Positions 32,716 to 47,600 of a stretch of DNA of 64,000 bases are shown here, piece after piece. Where the stretch lies: contig NC_134032.1 in NCBI RefSeq assembly GCF_964204645.1, positions 10,900,275 through 10,964,274 on the forward strand, given 5' to 3'. Source of the DNA: Tubulanus polymorphus. Taxonomy: Eukaryota; Animalia; Nemertea. The notes below the pieces were generated by a model. That model did not search any database. It saw nothing but the letters and a program-made list of their open reading frames with translations, and was not told the origin of the DNA. The stretch's first letter is position 1. Each line of letters begins with the position of its first letter. The translations under genes were made by a program, and so were the position numbers.

Positions 32716-35700
32716 CCTGCAGGTTGATGGCTGGTCTCTATCAGATGGCCTATTGGTACTTACTTCGTCCTGGAATAAAGAGAAAATTGCATCAAGTGGA
32801 AATTGTTCTATGAAATATCATAAGTATAGTAGTGATGACATGACAACACAGCAACACACATAGCATTGAGGTAATGACCCGGAAGTTAGTCAGAAAGGAA
32901 TTACCAGGCATCTTTTGAATGGGGTATATCTGATAAATAATAAGTTCAAGCTCAAGATGATGAGGGTTTAGTTTGAATTCAGCTACAGGAAAATAAAAAT
33001 TTTAGAATAGAAGTAAGATACGTCCTCTAGATGGTCTACATATTGGGCAGCTAGCTGAGTCCCCTGAAAATAATTAACACCTTCATAGTTCTAACATGGA
33101 CTCTGCAGGATAGAAGCGATTGAAAATTCACCTTCACTGATTGATGTAGTTCCATGGTGTTTAATTCTGGTGGAATGAATTAAAATTCTCCACTGTTTCT
33201 AGCGCAGAAGTAATTCATTCTATGTGTTGAGCTGGATGATCAAAAAAGAAAGGCTTTTTTTCAGGAAATGACTTTATACATTTACAGTCTAACAGCTGCT
33301 ATAGTAAAGAGACTGGAATCTGCAGAGATATTTACCGGTACTTGTTCTGAAGTGTGACTTTCTAAAAGCGATGTCCATCATTTACAAATGTTCAGGGAAT
33401 TCACAATGATTACTGTTCACAGATTTGTCAAAGGTTCCAATTATTTTTCTTCCTTTCAGCTTTATTCTGTCAATAGAGAATTGGTTTTTGCGGAATAAAG
33501 AAACATGTCGTGTGAGTTTGCTATTCAGAAAATTACCATCTTTCATACTTGTTTTGATTACTGTAGTATATCGTCCACAGTATTTTCCAGTAAAATTGAT
33601 CACACATGAAAATAATGTACGGAGTAACTAATTGTAAGGTTATTATCAAATTAGAGGAAAACTCACCATTTTAAAACTATCGGATGAATTCAGTTACCAT
33701 TTTGACTATGCAGACAATTTTCGGCAGGATTTCACCTCTAAGAGCCATATTGCCATGCAGTTAAGAGCACTGATGATTTCCTGAAAAAAATGAACGTATA
33801 ATTGTTGAACCGTACAGTATAACAAGTGAGCACTAGGTTGAATTGTTTAGAGAATATTACTTAGTTTCTTTTTTTAAACGAATGATAGCTGTTTCAGCAA
33901 CTTCTTCACTCATTGACGGTGAATATTCTTTTGGTCTTTACACCTGCAATTCGTGTTGGGTGCATCGCATTCTGGAAGGAGAAAATTATGCCAAAACATG
34001 ATTATTAGTGTGATGAATAGAATTTGCAGATTGTTTGTGTTCGATTGAAAGAAAACCCACCAGATGTTTGAGTATAGTTTATCACAATGTGTTGAGTGTA
34101 TACAGATTTCTGAGGGGGTCTGATGGTGGCTATCGACTGTCCTCTAGGAAAGCATTGATACCTGCTGACATTGACCGATCAAAAACCAACCATTTTCCTG
34201 ACTTTATTCGACTTTATACATCTATTGAATCTATTGATAACAGACAAATGTTAAATATAGTTATAAACTGATAAATCACCACAAATTACTGCGATAAATC
34301 AATAGAAAACTCACCGCTTCTGAGTTGTATCTGATTCTAGAGCGCAAGGTTTACTGTTTGAACATTGCCAAGGTTCAACTTCATTTTGCCCCCTAAAATA
34401 CAAATGCTGTATAGACGTATCTCACCCCTGAAAATGTATATATGCATGAGGAACATGAACACCTTGATGATGTTATCTTTGACCAGGATATTGAAAATTC
34501 ACCTTCACTGATTAATGTAGTTCCATTGTGTTTAATTCTGGTAAAACGATTTCAAGTTCTCAACTGTTTCTATAGCTCAGAAGTAATTCATTCTATTGAA
34601 CTGGACGGCCATAGAAGAAAAGATTTGTTTAGGAAATGGCGTCATACATTTACAGTCAAAACAAACTAGTATAGAGACTGAAATGCGCAGAGATTATTAC
34701 CGGTACTTGTTCTGGGGTGTGACTATCTAAAAGCGATGTCCATGAAAATGTTCGGTGAATTCGAAATGTTTACTGTTTGCAGATTTGTCAAGGGTTCCGT
34801 TGATATCTGGTCCTAAATGTAGGAATGTTAAAAATTGTCAGTTAAATTGCTACGAAGTAAGCCTAGCAGCTGCAAATTGAGACTCACATCTTGCATCTGA
34901 CTTTTTTGCAGAAATCTTAGGCTGTGTGTGAGGAGGATCTTTATCAAGTTGATCTTAAGCGTAAATTCTGGTGCTGTGTAGATTTCATTCTGTAAAGAGA
35001 AAATTGATTTGTGAAATAAAGAGATATCACGTGTGAGTCTGCTATTCAGAAAATTACTATTTATCTTACTTGTTTCGATTATTGTAGCAGCTTTGTCCAC
35101 ATTCTTTTCCATATTACTTCCTGAGTAGAATTGATTGGGTATTCAGCAGCCGCATTTCTTAAAGCATTCGAGAGAATCACACATAAAATTACTTTATTGA
35201 ATGATTAATTGTTAGGTCATTTTCAAATTAGAAAACTCACCAGCTCCAATAAACGGATGAGTTAAGCGCCGTTTTGACCCTGCAGACAATTTTCAGCAGT
35301 ATTTCACTTCCTTTAGCCATAATGTCATAATGTTTGGAGCATTGATGATTTCCTGAAGAAAATGAACATATAGAAAATTTAACCCTTCAGTTAAAACAAG
35401 GGAGTACATGGTAGAATTGTGTTTAGAAAATTACTTAGTTTCTTTAAGAAAATAAGAGCAGTTTCAGCAACGAGCTTCTTCATTATTTGATAGGCTGAAC
35501 ATTCTTGATTTTTACAGCTGCAATTTGTGTTTGGTGCATAGCATTCTGGAAAGAGAAAATTATGCCAGGAAATGATTAGTAAAATAGATAGAATTTGCAG
35601 CTTGTTTGTGTTCGATTGACAGAAAACCCACTAGGTTTTTGAGTAGTTTATGACAATGTGTTGAGTGTATGCAGATTTCTGAGGGGTCAGATGGCAGCTT

Positions 35701-36270
35701 TAGACAGTCCTGTACGAAAGCATTGATACCTGCTGACATCGACCGATCAAACCATTTTCCTGACTCCTGTCTCCTGACTTGATTTGAAGATGAATCTACT
35801 GAAACCGGACAAAAAGAAATAGTTTTTAGTTGATAAATCATCAAAAATTACTGGAATAAATGAATAGAAAACTCACCAAATCTGACTTGTATTTGATTCG
35901 TAGAGCGCGATATTTATTGTTTGGGATTTGTTGAGGTTCAGCTTCAATTTAGTCCCTAAAATAGAATTGTTGAATAGAAGCATACATAGGTTGTTCTAGA
36001 ATAAGAGCAGTTTCAAATTAAATCAATAACTCACGATTTTCCTCAGTTTTGTAGGGTATATTTCATGTTAAGACCAGAATTCGTAGATATTCCAAAATTC
36101 CTATTGCCCTGTCCACTACAAACGTAAATGAAAAACAAAAGGCCCTCTACAATCTCAATTTTGATCTGGACATGATTGAAAACTCACCACGCTTGATGAA
36201 TATTCGTGCAGTTGCTGCTGCTGTCGAAATTTATAACTAACCTTCAAATAGAAAATTCTGAAAAGAAAAA
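32716..36270 (-). pseudogene. Copy 2 of the decayed LRR-like multi-exon gene
   Basis: Duplicate of 330-3950 with similar splice signals and stops. Confidence 0.5.
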
Positions 36271-36355
36271 GAAACCATCATCAGTGACAATAGAGCAACA
36301 AGTAACATCTCAAAGTTAGCAATCAATCAGAAAGTATAGCATTTCTCTAGAGTTA

Positions 36356-39300
36356 ACTGCTGTAGATATCAGACTGATTGAACAGTTACAGATGTAACAT
36401 CGAGTGCAGATACGGAGTACAGGTCACTGCACGAACTTCAGTGATTTGTTCTCATATCTTCCGTCCGTCCGACTAAAACATCGTAACAGTTCAACTCACC
36501 TAACCTCCCTACCCGACCCTCCCTCACCCCATCCCTCCCGCCCTCCCTCACCTCACCCCATCCCTCCCGCCCTCCCTCACCCCATCCCTCCCACCCTCCC
36601 TCGCCCCTTCCCTCCCACCCTCCCAGACCCCTTCCCTCCCACCCTCCCTCACCCACCTCTCCCACCCTCCCTCATCCCACCCCTCCCACCATCCATCCCC
36701 TTCCCTACTGCCCTCCCGCCTAGCCCTCCCTCAATGCCTTCCCTCCTAGCCCTCCGAGCTGGCCTCATATGTCCCCACAAAAGCCTCATCAACTCTTTCT
36801 CCTCTGACATCACTAAACTCAACAATAACTTCAAAACGATTTGCCATTTTTCACAATCATAGGAAATTCATTAACAATTCGATATCCTTAATCGATTGCA
36901 TCATTTACGAGACTCGGAGATGGAAACGTTCAAAGGATTTCTTTATCGAGGAATTCATTCAAATTATTCCTTTCCATTATTTCTTCGTACAACTCCAATC
37001 AGTTTCTTTAATCATTGAATCAATTTCAAGTTTCTGTTTACTGATAAGATTTTCACGGGACGAGTTTGAGTTGTAGAGGCGTTTATCTGCGGATTATCAA
37101 ACCAAACCTAAGAAACTCAACAATGTTGTAAGGGATGTAGGTGTAATGGGTTCACCTGAACCATCGACCAACCTAAAATGCTTTGAGGAGGGCTAACACA
37201 AACCAACGACCAGAATGACGGCTGATTCAGATAGATCCAAACAAATAAGGCTATTTATATTGCTTCACGAATTCAACATGTCATCACTCACATTATGAAA
37301 CCATTAGGGACAGTTGATAGTCAGATTAAACATCTCCAGAACTTCTACTAGAGGCTTTACAACAGCAAGTTTTTTTTTCATGGAATCCTATTCATGATCT
37401 TTACTAATTAATGCAAAATGTTTGATTGTTACACTTAAACCCAGCGGAACAAATTAAAATCCAGCCATATTTCATTACCTGCCATTTTACTTTTTTTACT
37501 CTTTGTTGCGAACATTTTAAAACACAGAGAAGTTTTCTCTGATATTAAGTGCTTTCTGTTTTTGAGTCGAGGTAGGAATAGACCCCTGCCCGCTCGCTAA
37601 GCCAGCAGGACACTAAACCTTCGAATTGCTCTCAGACCCCACTCTTTATATCAGCATTGTATGCCGTTCTATTTTATGACAGAAGCTCACACGTTCGCTT
37701 TATTTCTTTTTCTTTTCATATGGCTTTCGTTTTTTTTTTAATGGCTTTTCTTATTTATCGGCTCACTGGCACTCGTCAGTTCCGACTGGGATCAAGTATA
37801 ATCTCAAGTGTAAATCAAGACAAATAATAGTCAGTGACACTAACATAAATATGTTAGTTGATTTAGAGAATGCCACCAAGTTGCTAATAAAACCACTAGT
37901 AGAAGCACGGATATACAAAACATATGATTCTTTCCTTTACGACGTCACTTATAGTTCCACGTAAATCATTTCATTCTCAAACTTAGATATATAAATTATG
38001 TTTCTATTGAATCCTATGGCTTTTTAGACCTTTCATTCATAGCCGTGGTTTGGTGATCATGGACTCAAAGTTTGGTTGATGACCCTGGTTCGGTGATCAT
38101 AGAGTCAAAATTTAGTTCATGGCCCTGGTTTGGGGACCATAGACTTTGAGCTGGAGACCTAGAGGCAGAGTTTGCTTCATGGCCACGATTTGGGGAATGT
38201 TGAGTTGTTTGGTCACCACGGAGGCTACTGAAAATTTGGTTTTGAGTTTTGGACCATATAGGTTAAATTTCGTTCGTGGCTTTGGTTTGATAATCCGAGA
38301 ATAAGGTTGGCTCATAGCCCTCATAAAAGATAAATTAGTTTCATGGTCCTGGTTTGGTAACTATACAAAGGTATAGATAGGAGGAATTTTCAAAATATAC
38401 ATAGATTAATATCCGTATCTACAGTATATAATCATCTTGAAGTAAAAAATGACGTAATCAAAAACTGACGGTTCAGTCGGCAGTGGCGAGCACCAAAGGT
38501 TTCGGGTCCTCTCCAAGAATAATTCAGAATTTCCATACATTACACGGGGAGCAGTTGACAATAAAATGATCACTGCTGAGCACAACATAATATTGAGCGT
38601 CGTATGTTTTGAAAAGGAGCATTGGACTATGGAGACACGGCCATCCGCACGTGATCACATGAATGAAGTGAAATAAATATATACACTGAAAAGGTTCAAA
38701 ATCTGTGTAATAATCAATTAATGATATCTCAGAAATAAGTCACTAATAAAGTAATGACATAATGCACTAATTAGAGTCTACAATGATGCATCGAACAAAG
38801 TCTAAGCTACGTGATCTGACTAACTGATCACTGATCAAATCTACAGTAGAATATTAACTGCGGAGTATGAAGTAACCTTCATAAACTGATATGATTATGA
38901 AAAATGGCAAATATGAGTACTGTAACTGTCAATAATCATAAGTATTGTAAGTAAACATACGCGAAAATATACACAATTCCCTTATTAATATTAAGTGGAG
39001 TTTATGAAAAAAAATGAACGCGTTTCCTACAATTCCTATTACAAGTAAATCGTAACGAATTTAATCAATCGAGGATTCTCAAAAACTTTATACGGAAATA
39101 ATCCTATACTCTGTAACTACGATATATGGGTTTTGTCAAAATGGCAACGAAAAATAACTATCACCACCCAACCTGCCACCCACCGAGATCCAACACCACT
39201 ACCCCACCACCCAGCCCCTACACTCCCACCCACCTAGACCTCCCCCAGCCCTACCACAGCCCCGTCCTCCCTCAAACGAATCCCTCCCACCCTCCCTCAC

Positions 39301-39593
39301 CCCTTCCCTCCCACCCTCCCTCACCCCATCCCTCCCACCCTCCCTCACCCCATCCCTCCCACCCTCCCTCATCCCTTCCCTCCCACCCTCCCTCTACCCC
39401 TACCTCCCCCCGACCCTACCCACCCTCCCCAAACCCCAGGGTTAGGCGAGTTGCAATGTTACGATGTTTTAGTCACATGGACGTAAGATAAGAGAACAAA
39501 TCACTGAAGTAATGCAGTAATCTGTACTCTGTATCCGCACACGATGTTACATGTACCTATAACTGTTCAATCAGTCTGATATCTACAGCAGTG
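36356..39593. mobile_element. Copy 2 of the ~3.2 kb TIR element
   Basis: Same inverted termini as 4044-7298. Confidence 0.6.
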
Positions 39594-39982
39594 AAATGTA
39601 CAGAAATCCTAACTTAAAAAAAGATACACATCTGATTGTCAGAAAGGACCACAGTGTTGTGTCATTGATATCAGGGACCAGTTTCATATCGATAATGAAT
39701 AAAATTTGAGTTGATAACAGTAGGAAACCTGTATATCCGCTTTACCAACCTTATAGAGAGACAAACTAACCCGACATGAACTATGCCTAAATAAACACAG
39801 ATATCGGTAGGGGAAGTTTGAATTTTGGAATTTTGAGGGGATTGAATGGATATATAAATGCAACAGCTCACTGTAATTTCATTTCAAAACATGGTTCATC
39901 ACTATGAAACTGGTCCCTTTAATCAAATCAACAACTGGTAAAAAATCATAATTAAATGCTACTTATCTTGAATTTCGAGTTA

Positions 39983-40312
39983 GTGATTCCTGATGTCCTG
40001 TGCTGAATCCAAGAAAGTCTCATTGTAAAACAGTGATTCCTGATGTCCTGTGCTGAATCCAAGAAAGTCTCATTGTAAAACAGTGATTCCTGATGTCCTG
40101 TGCTGAATCCAAGAAAGTCTTATTGTAAAACAGTGATTCCTGATGTCCTGTGCTGAATCCAAGAAAGTCTTATTGTGAAACAGTGATTTCTGATGTCCTG
40201 TGCTGAATCCAAGAAAGTCTTATTGTGAAACAGTGATTCCTGATGTCCTATGCTGCATTCAAGAAAGTCTTACAAAACAGTGATTCCTTGTTGTCATGTG
40301 CTAATTCCAAGC
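39983..40312 (+). repeat. 50-bp minisatellite, copy 2, ~6.5 units
   Basis: Unit starts at 39983, 40033, 40083, 40133, 40183 and 40233. Confidence 0.95.
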
Positions 40313-42569
40313 TTCCAAAGGACCTATAATAGACAAATATAAGGTTGTTTCTCTCCCTAGAAATAACTGCAGAATCATCAAATCAAATATTCAAACTTAC
40401 ATATTCAGTGTTCACCCAAATCTTAGTTCATTCATTCAGGAGGCTTTTCTATCTGCGGTCTAGGTTTTACATTCACAGTTGAACATGAAATATACATAAA
40501 GGAATGTTCAAGGAATAAAAACAGAATGAATAAATTCACAGGGAAGCACAGGAACACAACTTCAAATTTTAAAGAATCATTTTCGGAATTAGATTGGAAT
40601 CCTCGATTGCCGCAGTAGCACACATCAACTCGTGCTTCGATGCACGTACGAAGGTGTTTCACGGATCGAAAATTGAAATTCACCAAACGCATATTACATG
40701 TACACTAGAATAAGGAAAAAGAAGCAATATCGTTACCGTCCAGTGGGCACGCAACTACTGGTTTTTAATTTCAAATTGAAACCGCCATCAACCCAAGCCC
40801 TCCGAACCAAAGAAAATCACCCATCCTAAAAGAAATGAATACTTTCAGCGAGCAGAAAATCGATTTCTTTTTTTTTTATAAGTGATTTTAAATTCGTAAA
40901 GGAATGGTTTATATATGAATTATGTATAGTTCGTATTTAATGCCTAGGCCATACACAGGTGGGACACAACCCATAAACAAGAAACAGAAACGATTTTCTG
41001 GCTTTCTGTGTGCGATGCTCCGAAACACGAAAAGTCAAAACAATCCAAATACGCGTTCCGTAAATTAGGCATCCTCCTCCGACAGGGATTCGAACCTGAT
41101 GGCATCGAGATTGCCACAGTACGAAACCCTGCTACACTAGACCGAGTGCGCAGCTACATGCACAACTTAAATGATGTCATTGTTAGCTAATCAGAAATCC
41201 ATTTTATTTTAGCCCGGGTTTTCCCGTTAATAGTTCTTCCGTGAAATTTGCCTCAGCGATTATACAACGAGCGATCTGATTGGTGCCGCTAGTTTTCGTG
41301 CGGCAAAGCTGCGCATGTACCTGCGCATCCGGTCTACTGTGACAGGGGTTTGGTGTTCGGATGCCGTCAGGTTCGAAACCCTGCCCAGGGAGGATATAAA
41401 TTGGGGTAACTTGAGACACTTATTGGTGATTTTTAAAATGCAGCCCGGGGACTACCTACAATCCACCCAAATGGTAATGAATTGATCAACAATTTTCAGT
41501 TCTAGGCTCGACGAAAAATATCTCTATTGATTTTCTAAATCCATTTAAAAAGAAACAAGGTAAACCCGAGGTGAGGGATAACTTAAGACATACAAAAAAT
41601 AACACAGAATTTGAGTAAAATGAACATTTAAGTTGTTCTTAACTCCTTTGGTTAAGAGTCTGGCAAAAAGGCCGACTCCTGTATATATGAAGTAACCTCA
41701 GTGAAGATGTTAGTCGGGTTGACTTGAGACACTGGTTTGGATGAACATCCCACCTCAATTTCATCTTTATAGAATAAGAATAAAAGATCTAAACCTGGGG
41801 GGGGGGGTACAGAGTGCACAAAAGCTTTGTCACTGCGTACAGAGAAATGAGTTAAGCGACCCGAATACATTTTTCTGGATGTTTGTTTCGTAAGTTATGC
41901 AAGTTATGTAACCTTACTTTCAAGATTAACACACTCCAGCTCGTTGTGATCTTGTACTAACACTTTTACTAACAAATTTAATTTATACTATCTGAAAATC
42001 TATCCGAATCCATTCTATTCATTAAACTTATAGAGAAAATGAAACTAAAGAACGATACACCAATCACTATCAGCCATATCATCTCAAAGTCACCACAATT
42101 TACGGTTTCTGTTTTACGTTTCGGGTGAACATCTTGCTGTGAAGTTAGAGAAAGAGGTTTGTGAGCGTTGAGAAATTTTCATCACAAAAGAATATTTGAA
42201 ATATATACATTAAAAAACATTCGTATATAGATTATAGATTTTGCGCCGGGAGAAATTGAGTACCACTCACCCCATTTTTAATCTAAACTAATTCAAAAAC
42301 ACCCGGCAGCTATTCTTTCTGTATAAATAACGCCACATTTCCCGGTCTGGACATCAACAATTGTTTCAGTTACCAACGCTGTATTCGTGCTGTACTTTCA
42401 AGGTAAGTTGCATAAACATAATCAAAATTTCGTGCTTCTTGTTTGAAAGCGCAACTAATTTACGTCTGATAAGTCACAGTCGGGCGGTTGAGGTGTTCAC
42501 GCCATTTTCTTCTGATAGGTATTTTATTCATTTTATTTCTATTAATTTCTATTTCACGTTCAGCTGAAA

Positions 42570-44690
42570 ATGACTGCAATCTTCTACGGGATGCTATTGG
42601 GAGTCGCGTTCGTGTTGGCGCCGGTGGCAGTAATGGCGCACCCTCCCGTCTTATCAGACTCAGTACCAGGTAAAACGCGTTTATTTTTGTTAGCAGTGTT
42701 TGCTTCTATACTTTTCCCAGTAATTATGAAACAACGGCACCAAACGTATAAATGTGGCCAGGGTTTATTTAACAAAGCATTCAGTGCTGTAGATACGTAT
42801 TGAATTATTCTTATAAATTAGTTAATTTATTCTACGAACCTATAAATGATTCTTCAAGTAGCGTATATTAGTAGCCTATCCGGCGAGAGCTAGAATTTAT
42901 GAATATAGCGCTAATATCTAGTGAATTTGTCAAGCACCAAAAAAGTCATGATTTTATCTATTTTAGTGTGTTTCAAAGACACTGATGTTGTTCTCATGCT
43001 GGACCAGAGTGGAAGTCTGAGAAACGGAATAAATAATCAAGGACCAAACCACATACCGACTGTCAGGAAAGCAGCGGGAGACATCGTCAAAGGCTTGCCG
43101 CTTCCTGTTGAAAATAATCCAGCGATTTTCGGGGTAACAACAAAAATATCGAAAGCCCATCGCACATGTATAGGGAAATACGGAAACAGGAGGCTGAAAC
43201 ATGTTTCCGTGTGTCGTCACGAGGAACGAGAACCACATTGATTCCGAGATCAAAGATTATTGTTTCCGTGTTTCTGTGGTAACCTGCGTCGTGTGCGTTG
43301 GACTTAAGCTATAATGGACGGCTTTCGATGCTTATCGGTTTACCGGTCAACCATTGGTTTAGGACGCAGCTATTTTGAAGGCACTTCCTGTAAAAGGAAG
43401 TCACCAAAAGGGACATTTTGACAAACTAAAATTTTTGATAGCCTATTTCTTAAAAATTGAACGAATTTTCCATTAACGATTAGCTGATCACGTAACCTAT
43501 GGAACAAATGATTTTAAGCTTAAAATCGTTGTACTGATTAGAAATATGAATTAAGCCATAGCAACTAAACAACAAATCTTTGAGTTTAACTTAACTTGAC
43601 CAATCAGAATATTTTATGAATAATTTTACATTAAATATAAGCTTACTGATTTGAGTTTTTTTTCTAAGTTATCTTTTAGGTAGACGCGTATAGATTATCA
43701 TGTTCATACGGTATTTCCATATTACCAATGTAAATTGTTTATTCTCAGATGGGGGTGTACATGTTTTCGGGAGCAGCTGAACAGCTCATAGTTCAACAAA
43801 TGACCGAGTTGCAAACGATGCAAGACGTTGATAATATCGTGACTAAAATCGATAATGCAAACATTAACCACGGCCAGACGCATACAGATACAGCGCTGAA
43901 GAATGTTCGAGAACAGGTAGATTGATATACTTGTCTCAGAAAGAACCACCTTGTACTTTCATCACAATTTTGAAATTGAGTATCAGATTATAGTTATTGT
44001 CACATGATTTGGCATCGTTGCGTGCAAGGGTTTAGTTGCCTTTGCACTATTGGTGATGCAACCGAATCCATCATTTGGTCATTAGTACTTCTCGAGAGAG
44101 ATACGTGGCAAAATTTCAATCAGATCTTGATGTGCGGGTGAATACGTAAACTGATTCATTACTCACACGCCACAGTAAGAACATCGAAAATCTTGACCAT
44201 AGCGTGCTGCCCCTATATAAACCATTGGCGGTGAATACGTGAACTAAACCAGTACTCGCATGCCACTGTAAGAATATTGAGCTGTGTAAAATGATGCTCG
44301 TTGGATATGTGCATTTTTCCTCGAAATTCCCCCAAATCATCATGAAATATTTTCATTCATTTTCAGATGTTGCCGAACAGTCGCCCAGACGTGAACAACA
44401 CGGTCGTATTGATCACTGACGGCGAAATCTTCAAAGGGAACGAGTTTATTGATATCGCAGAAGGCTTATTGCTCGAGCAGGCGGATAAACTACGAAGCCC
44501 CAACACCCGCATCATCGGGGTCGGGGTCGGAGCAAAACTGCCGCAATTCAAGGAGCAGTTGAAGAAAGTGGTCAGTCAACCGGTGAACGCAAACTACTTC
44601 GAAATAGAAGATTGGGTCAACGTCGAGCATTTTCTGGCGAGCACGATCGTGGCCACGATAACATGTCCTCCGATGTGCCCACCGCAGTAA
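42570..44690 (+). CDS. Secreted single-VWA protein, paralogue A, copy 2, 252 aa; coding exons 42570-42669, 42967-43133, 43749-43916, 44367-44690
   Basis: Intact splice sites and frame. Three aa differences from copy 1 seen (V/G, I/V, Y/F). Confidence 0.92.
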
Positions 44691-47600
44691 CAAGTCAAAT
44701 CATACAGATGAGCCCTATATCTGTTCATCTATATTCAGTCGTATTCCGAAGAAACGTCATATGAAATCAAGCAATAAACGTAAACATTTACGAAAAAGTG
44801 ACTTCGTTTTTGTCATCTCGTCCGAGCTCATGTATTCGCCGCTGAAATATAGGGGCAGAACGTGACAATCAAGGTCAAACGCTGCTCGATATTCCAACTG
44901 TGGCATGCGAGTGGTAATAATACGTCGGTTTATAGTCAGGATCGGATCGGAGCGTTTTGCCAACAATGATAAACCAACAAGAGTAACACCCATGGCAAGG
45001 CATCATGCCTGTTAAATCTGGAATAGGCCTTTCTATCTTCCCTACCCATGTTTTTATCTATCACAAATCCTCCTTTGAAAATACGAAATTGCACTAGACA
45101 TTTTTACGAAACTAATGTTAATCTAAGACGTCAAAGGCTTGGTCAGTTTGATTTGAATAACCTCGATAATATGAACCCTGAAAATGCGAATAGTTCATTT
45201 ATCGATAGATTACATCATTAACGAGGTTTCACCTAAGCAACTAAAAATGGCACGAAAAATCAAAATTACCTTAACCCTGGATGACTAGAGGGCTATTTAG
45301 ATATTCCAAAAAATGTGTTAGATTGTATAGAGCTTCTATAGGACTTGATAAAAGCTCTGTTGAATATCAGAACTTTGTTACCGAAATAGATATAATCAGA
45401 TGAAACGTACTGCTGAAAAATCCTACAAACAGTCACCGAAAATCCGATCCAGAAACTAAAGCACAGTCTTGTCACTGACTAAAACTCAATCTTCTGCTCC
45501 GCCCTCTCTCCTTCCTGTCATCTCCACTGCCCGCCCCTCTCTTCTTTTATCCTCTCCCCTCCCTGTTCCTGGTTTATAATTCTTGTGAATTTCCGATAGT
45601 GGGACTTAACCACGGACCCGTTACCGAGTGGTAGTTTTGGCAGATCTTTACATTTACATTCCTTCAAAATGACAGTCAATTTTTGAAAATGCTCCATGGT
45701 TTGTGTAGTCAAACTCGCGGCTTCATTTTCTGCTGACTAATTCCTCCATTTTGCCATCCCTGACTCAATCTTCCTAACAGTTGTTACTGTAAATATCTCA
45801 ATAAGGAGCTAAACCAAAGCCCTGTTACTGACATTCCTGTAGATTTCCACACACTTCGTTTTTCGTCAAACTAACAGCCAAGATTTTGCAAATCCACCAC
45901 GAATTCGAACAGTCACAGCAGCTGAAAGAACACCACATTTTCTATCCAAGAACTGGAAGAGTCAGGCATCAAAAACCACTGAGCTTTTCTATTTAATTAA
46001 ACCCGATGAAAGATAACAGTTTTATAGATAAAACAGATTCGACCTCTCGATTCGGACATTTTTTTATAGTATTTTTTATGCTAAACACATTTCGTAGTGA
46101 ACTGATGATTAAAATATCTAATAATGAGTCTTCGACTGCGGCTGCCCGACAATATTAAACTCTATGAGTTTGCTTACGTTCAATCGTGTATCTGGAACAA
46201 AATTCCTCACAGATCTCGGCAAAAGTCCGATACCAAAGGTCAAAACGTTGAATATTAACTCGTTTAACTTACTGCATAAGTGAGTTCAAAAATTCTCCCT
46301 CGATCGATTCGAATCTGAGACTAAGATTCACTTTTTGATTCGCGTTCATAATCAGAGCACGAAATTTCGGTCAAAAATGATTTCAAAATTGTATTTACGC
46401 ATTTTGTATGACTGCGGTATTCTGTATCTACCTCTTGATACTCATGCGGAATACAGAAATTCTTCCTTCGGATTTCTAGGCGGAGTCAAGATTCATTTTT
46501 CAATCACTTTAAAAATCTATGTATGAAATCTCAGTCAAAAGCCATTTCAAAGTATAACCGTATTTCAAGTTCAGCCCAGTCAATGTACATAGAAAAATAC
46601 CAACAAAGAAAAACCAAAAACAAACCGCAAATATTCAATATTTCGATGTTAAACTCACTCAGATAAAAATCACAAGTCTCTCGACAGATTCCTTATTCCC
46701 ATAGAAATTCCATTATCAATTTCATAATTAAGTAATTTAGATAAGATCTTAAAAGATCACGTATAAACATTGCTGCAGTGGGTATCAACTACACAATGTT
46801 AAAAGGCACAAAGAATCCATACATATTCTATAGTAAAAATCTATATATACCTAAGAGGTTGAGTTTAAGATAAAGAAAGGTATCAGATATACATCAAATG
46901 GTTAACTATTTTCAAGACAAGTATCCGATGACGATGATCCACCGATCTTTTGTGAAAAGTATCTCTAGAACCTAGATCAAAAAACCTTTTCCGAGCAGCC
47001 TTGCGTTGTTTCTCTGTCTCTGTACGGCCGTTTCTTTTATTTCATTTGTTGTCCTTTTTTTCAACTTTCATATATTTGCGAACCGAGCTTTTCTGAGCTT
47101 ATATGCGTGCGTGCTTTTTTCTATCAGAGGCGGGAGGCTCAAAGCACATCCTCGGACACGCAGTGAACTTGTCCCTTCGTACAGAGTGACCTCATCAATC
47201 ACAATATACTCAGACCCCTGTGTATATTCGTTCGCTGCGAGAGGCGGGGGCCCAAAGCACATCCTCGGACATGCAGTGAACTTGTCCCTTCGTACAAAGT
47301 GATCAATCACAACGTACTCAGACCCCTCCTGCTGTTTGTAAGGGAGTCCACATCAAGCGGATCATACCCTGAAGCACTTGTCGTGATGAGCGACATAAGT
47401 TCGCTTATTACTTACCTTAATTCTTATTGTTTTATTTTCTCTTTTATTCATATATTTTTCTATTTCTTTCATATATTTTCTTCCCGCCGTTTTGAGAAAC
47501 CGTTGCTCGGAAAAGGTTGGGCGTGCGTGCAATACCCGTTTGGCACAAACTAAGAGATTTGCTCAACATGATCCAATAAACAATTAAAAAAAAGGTGAGT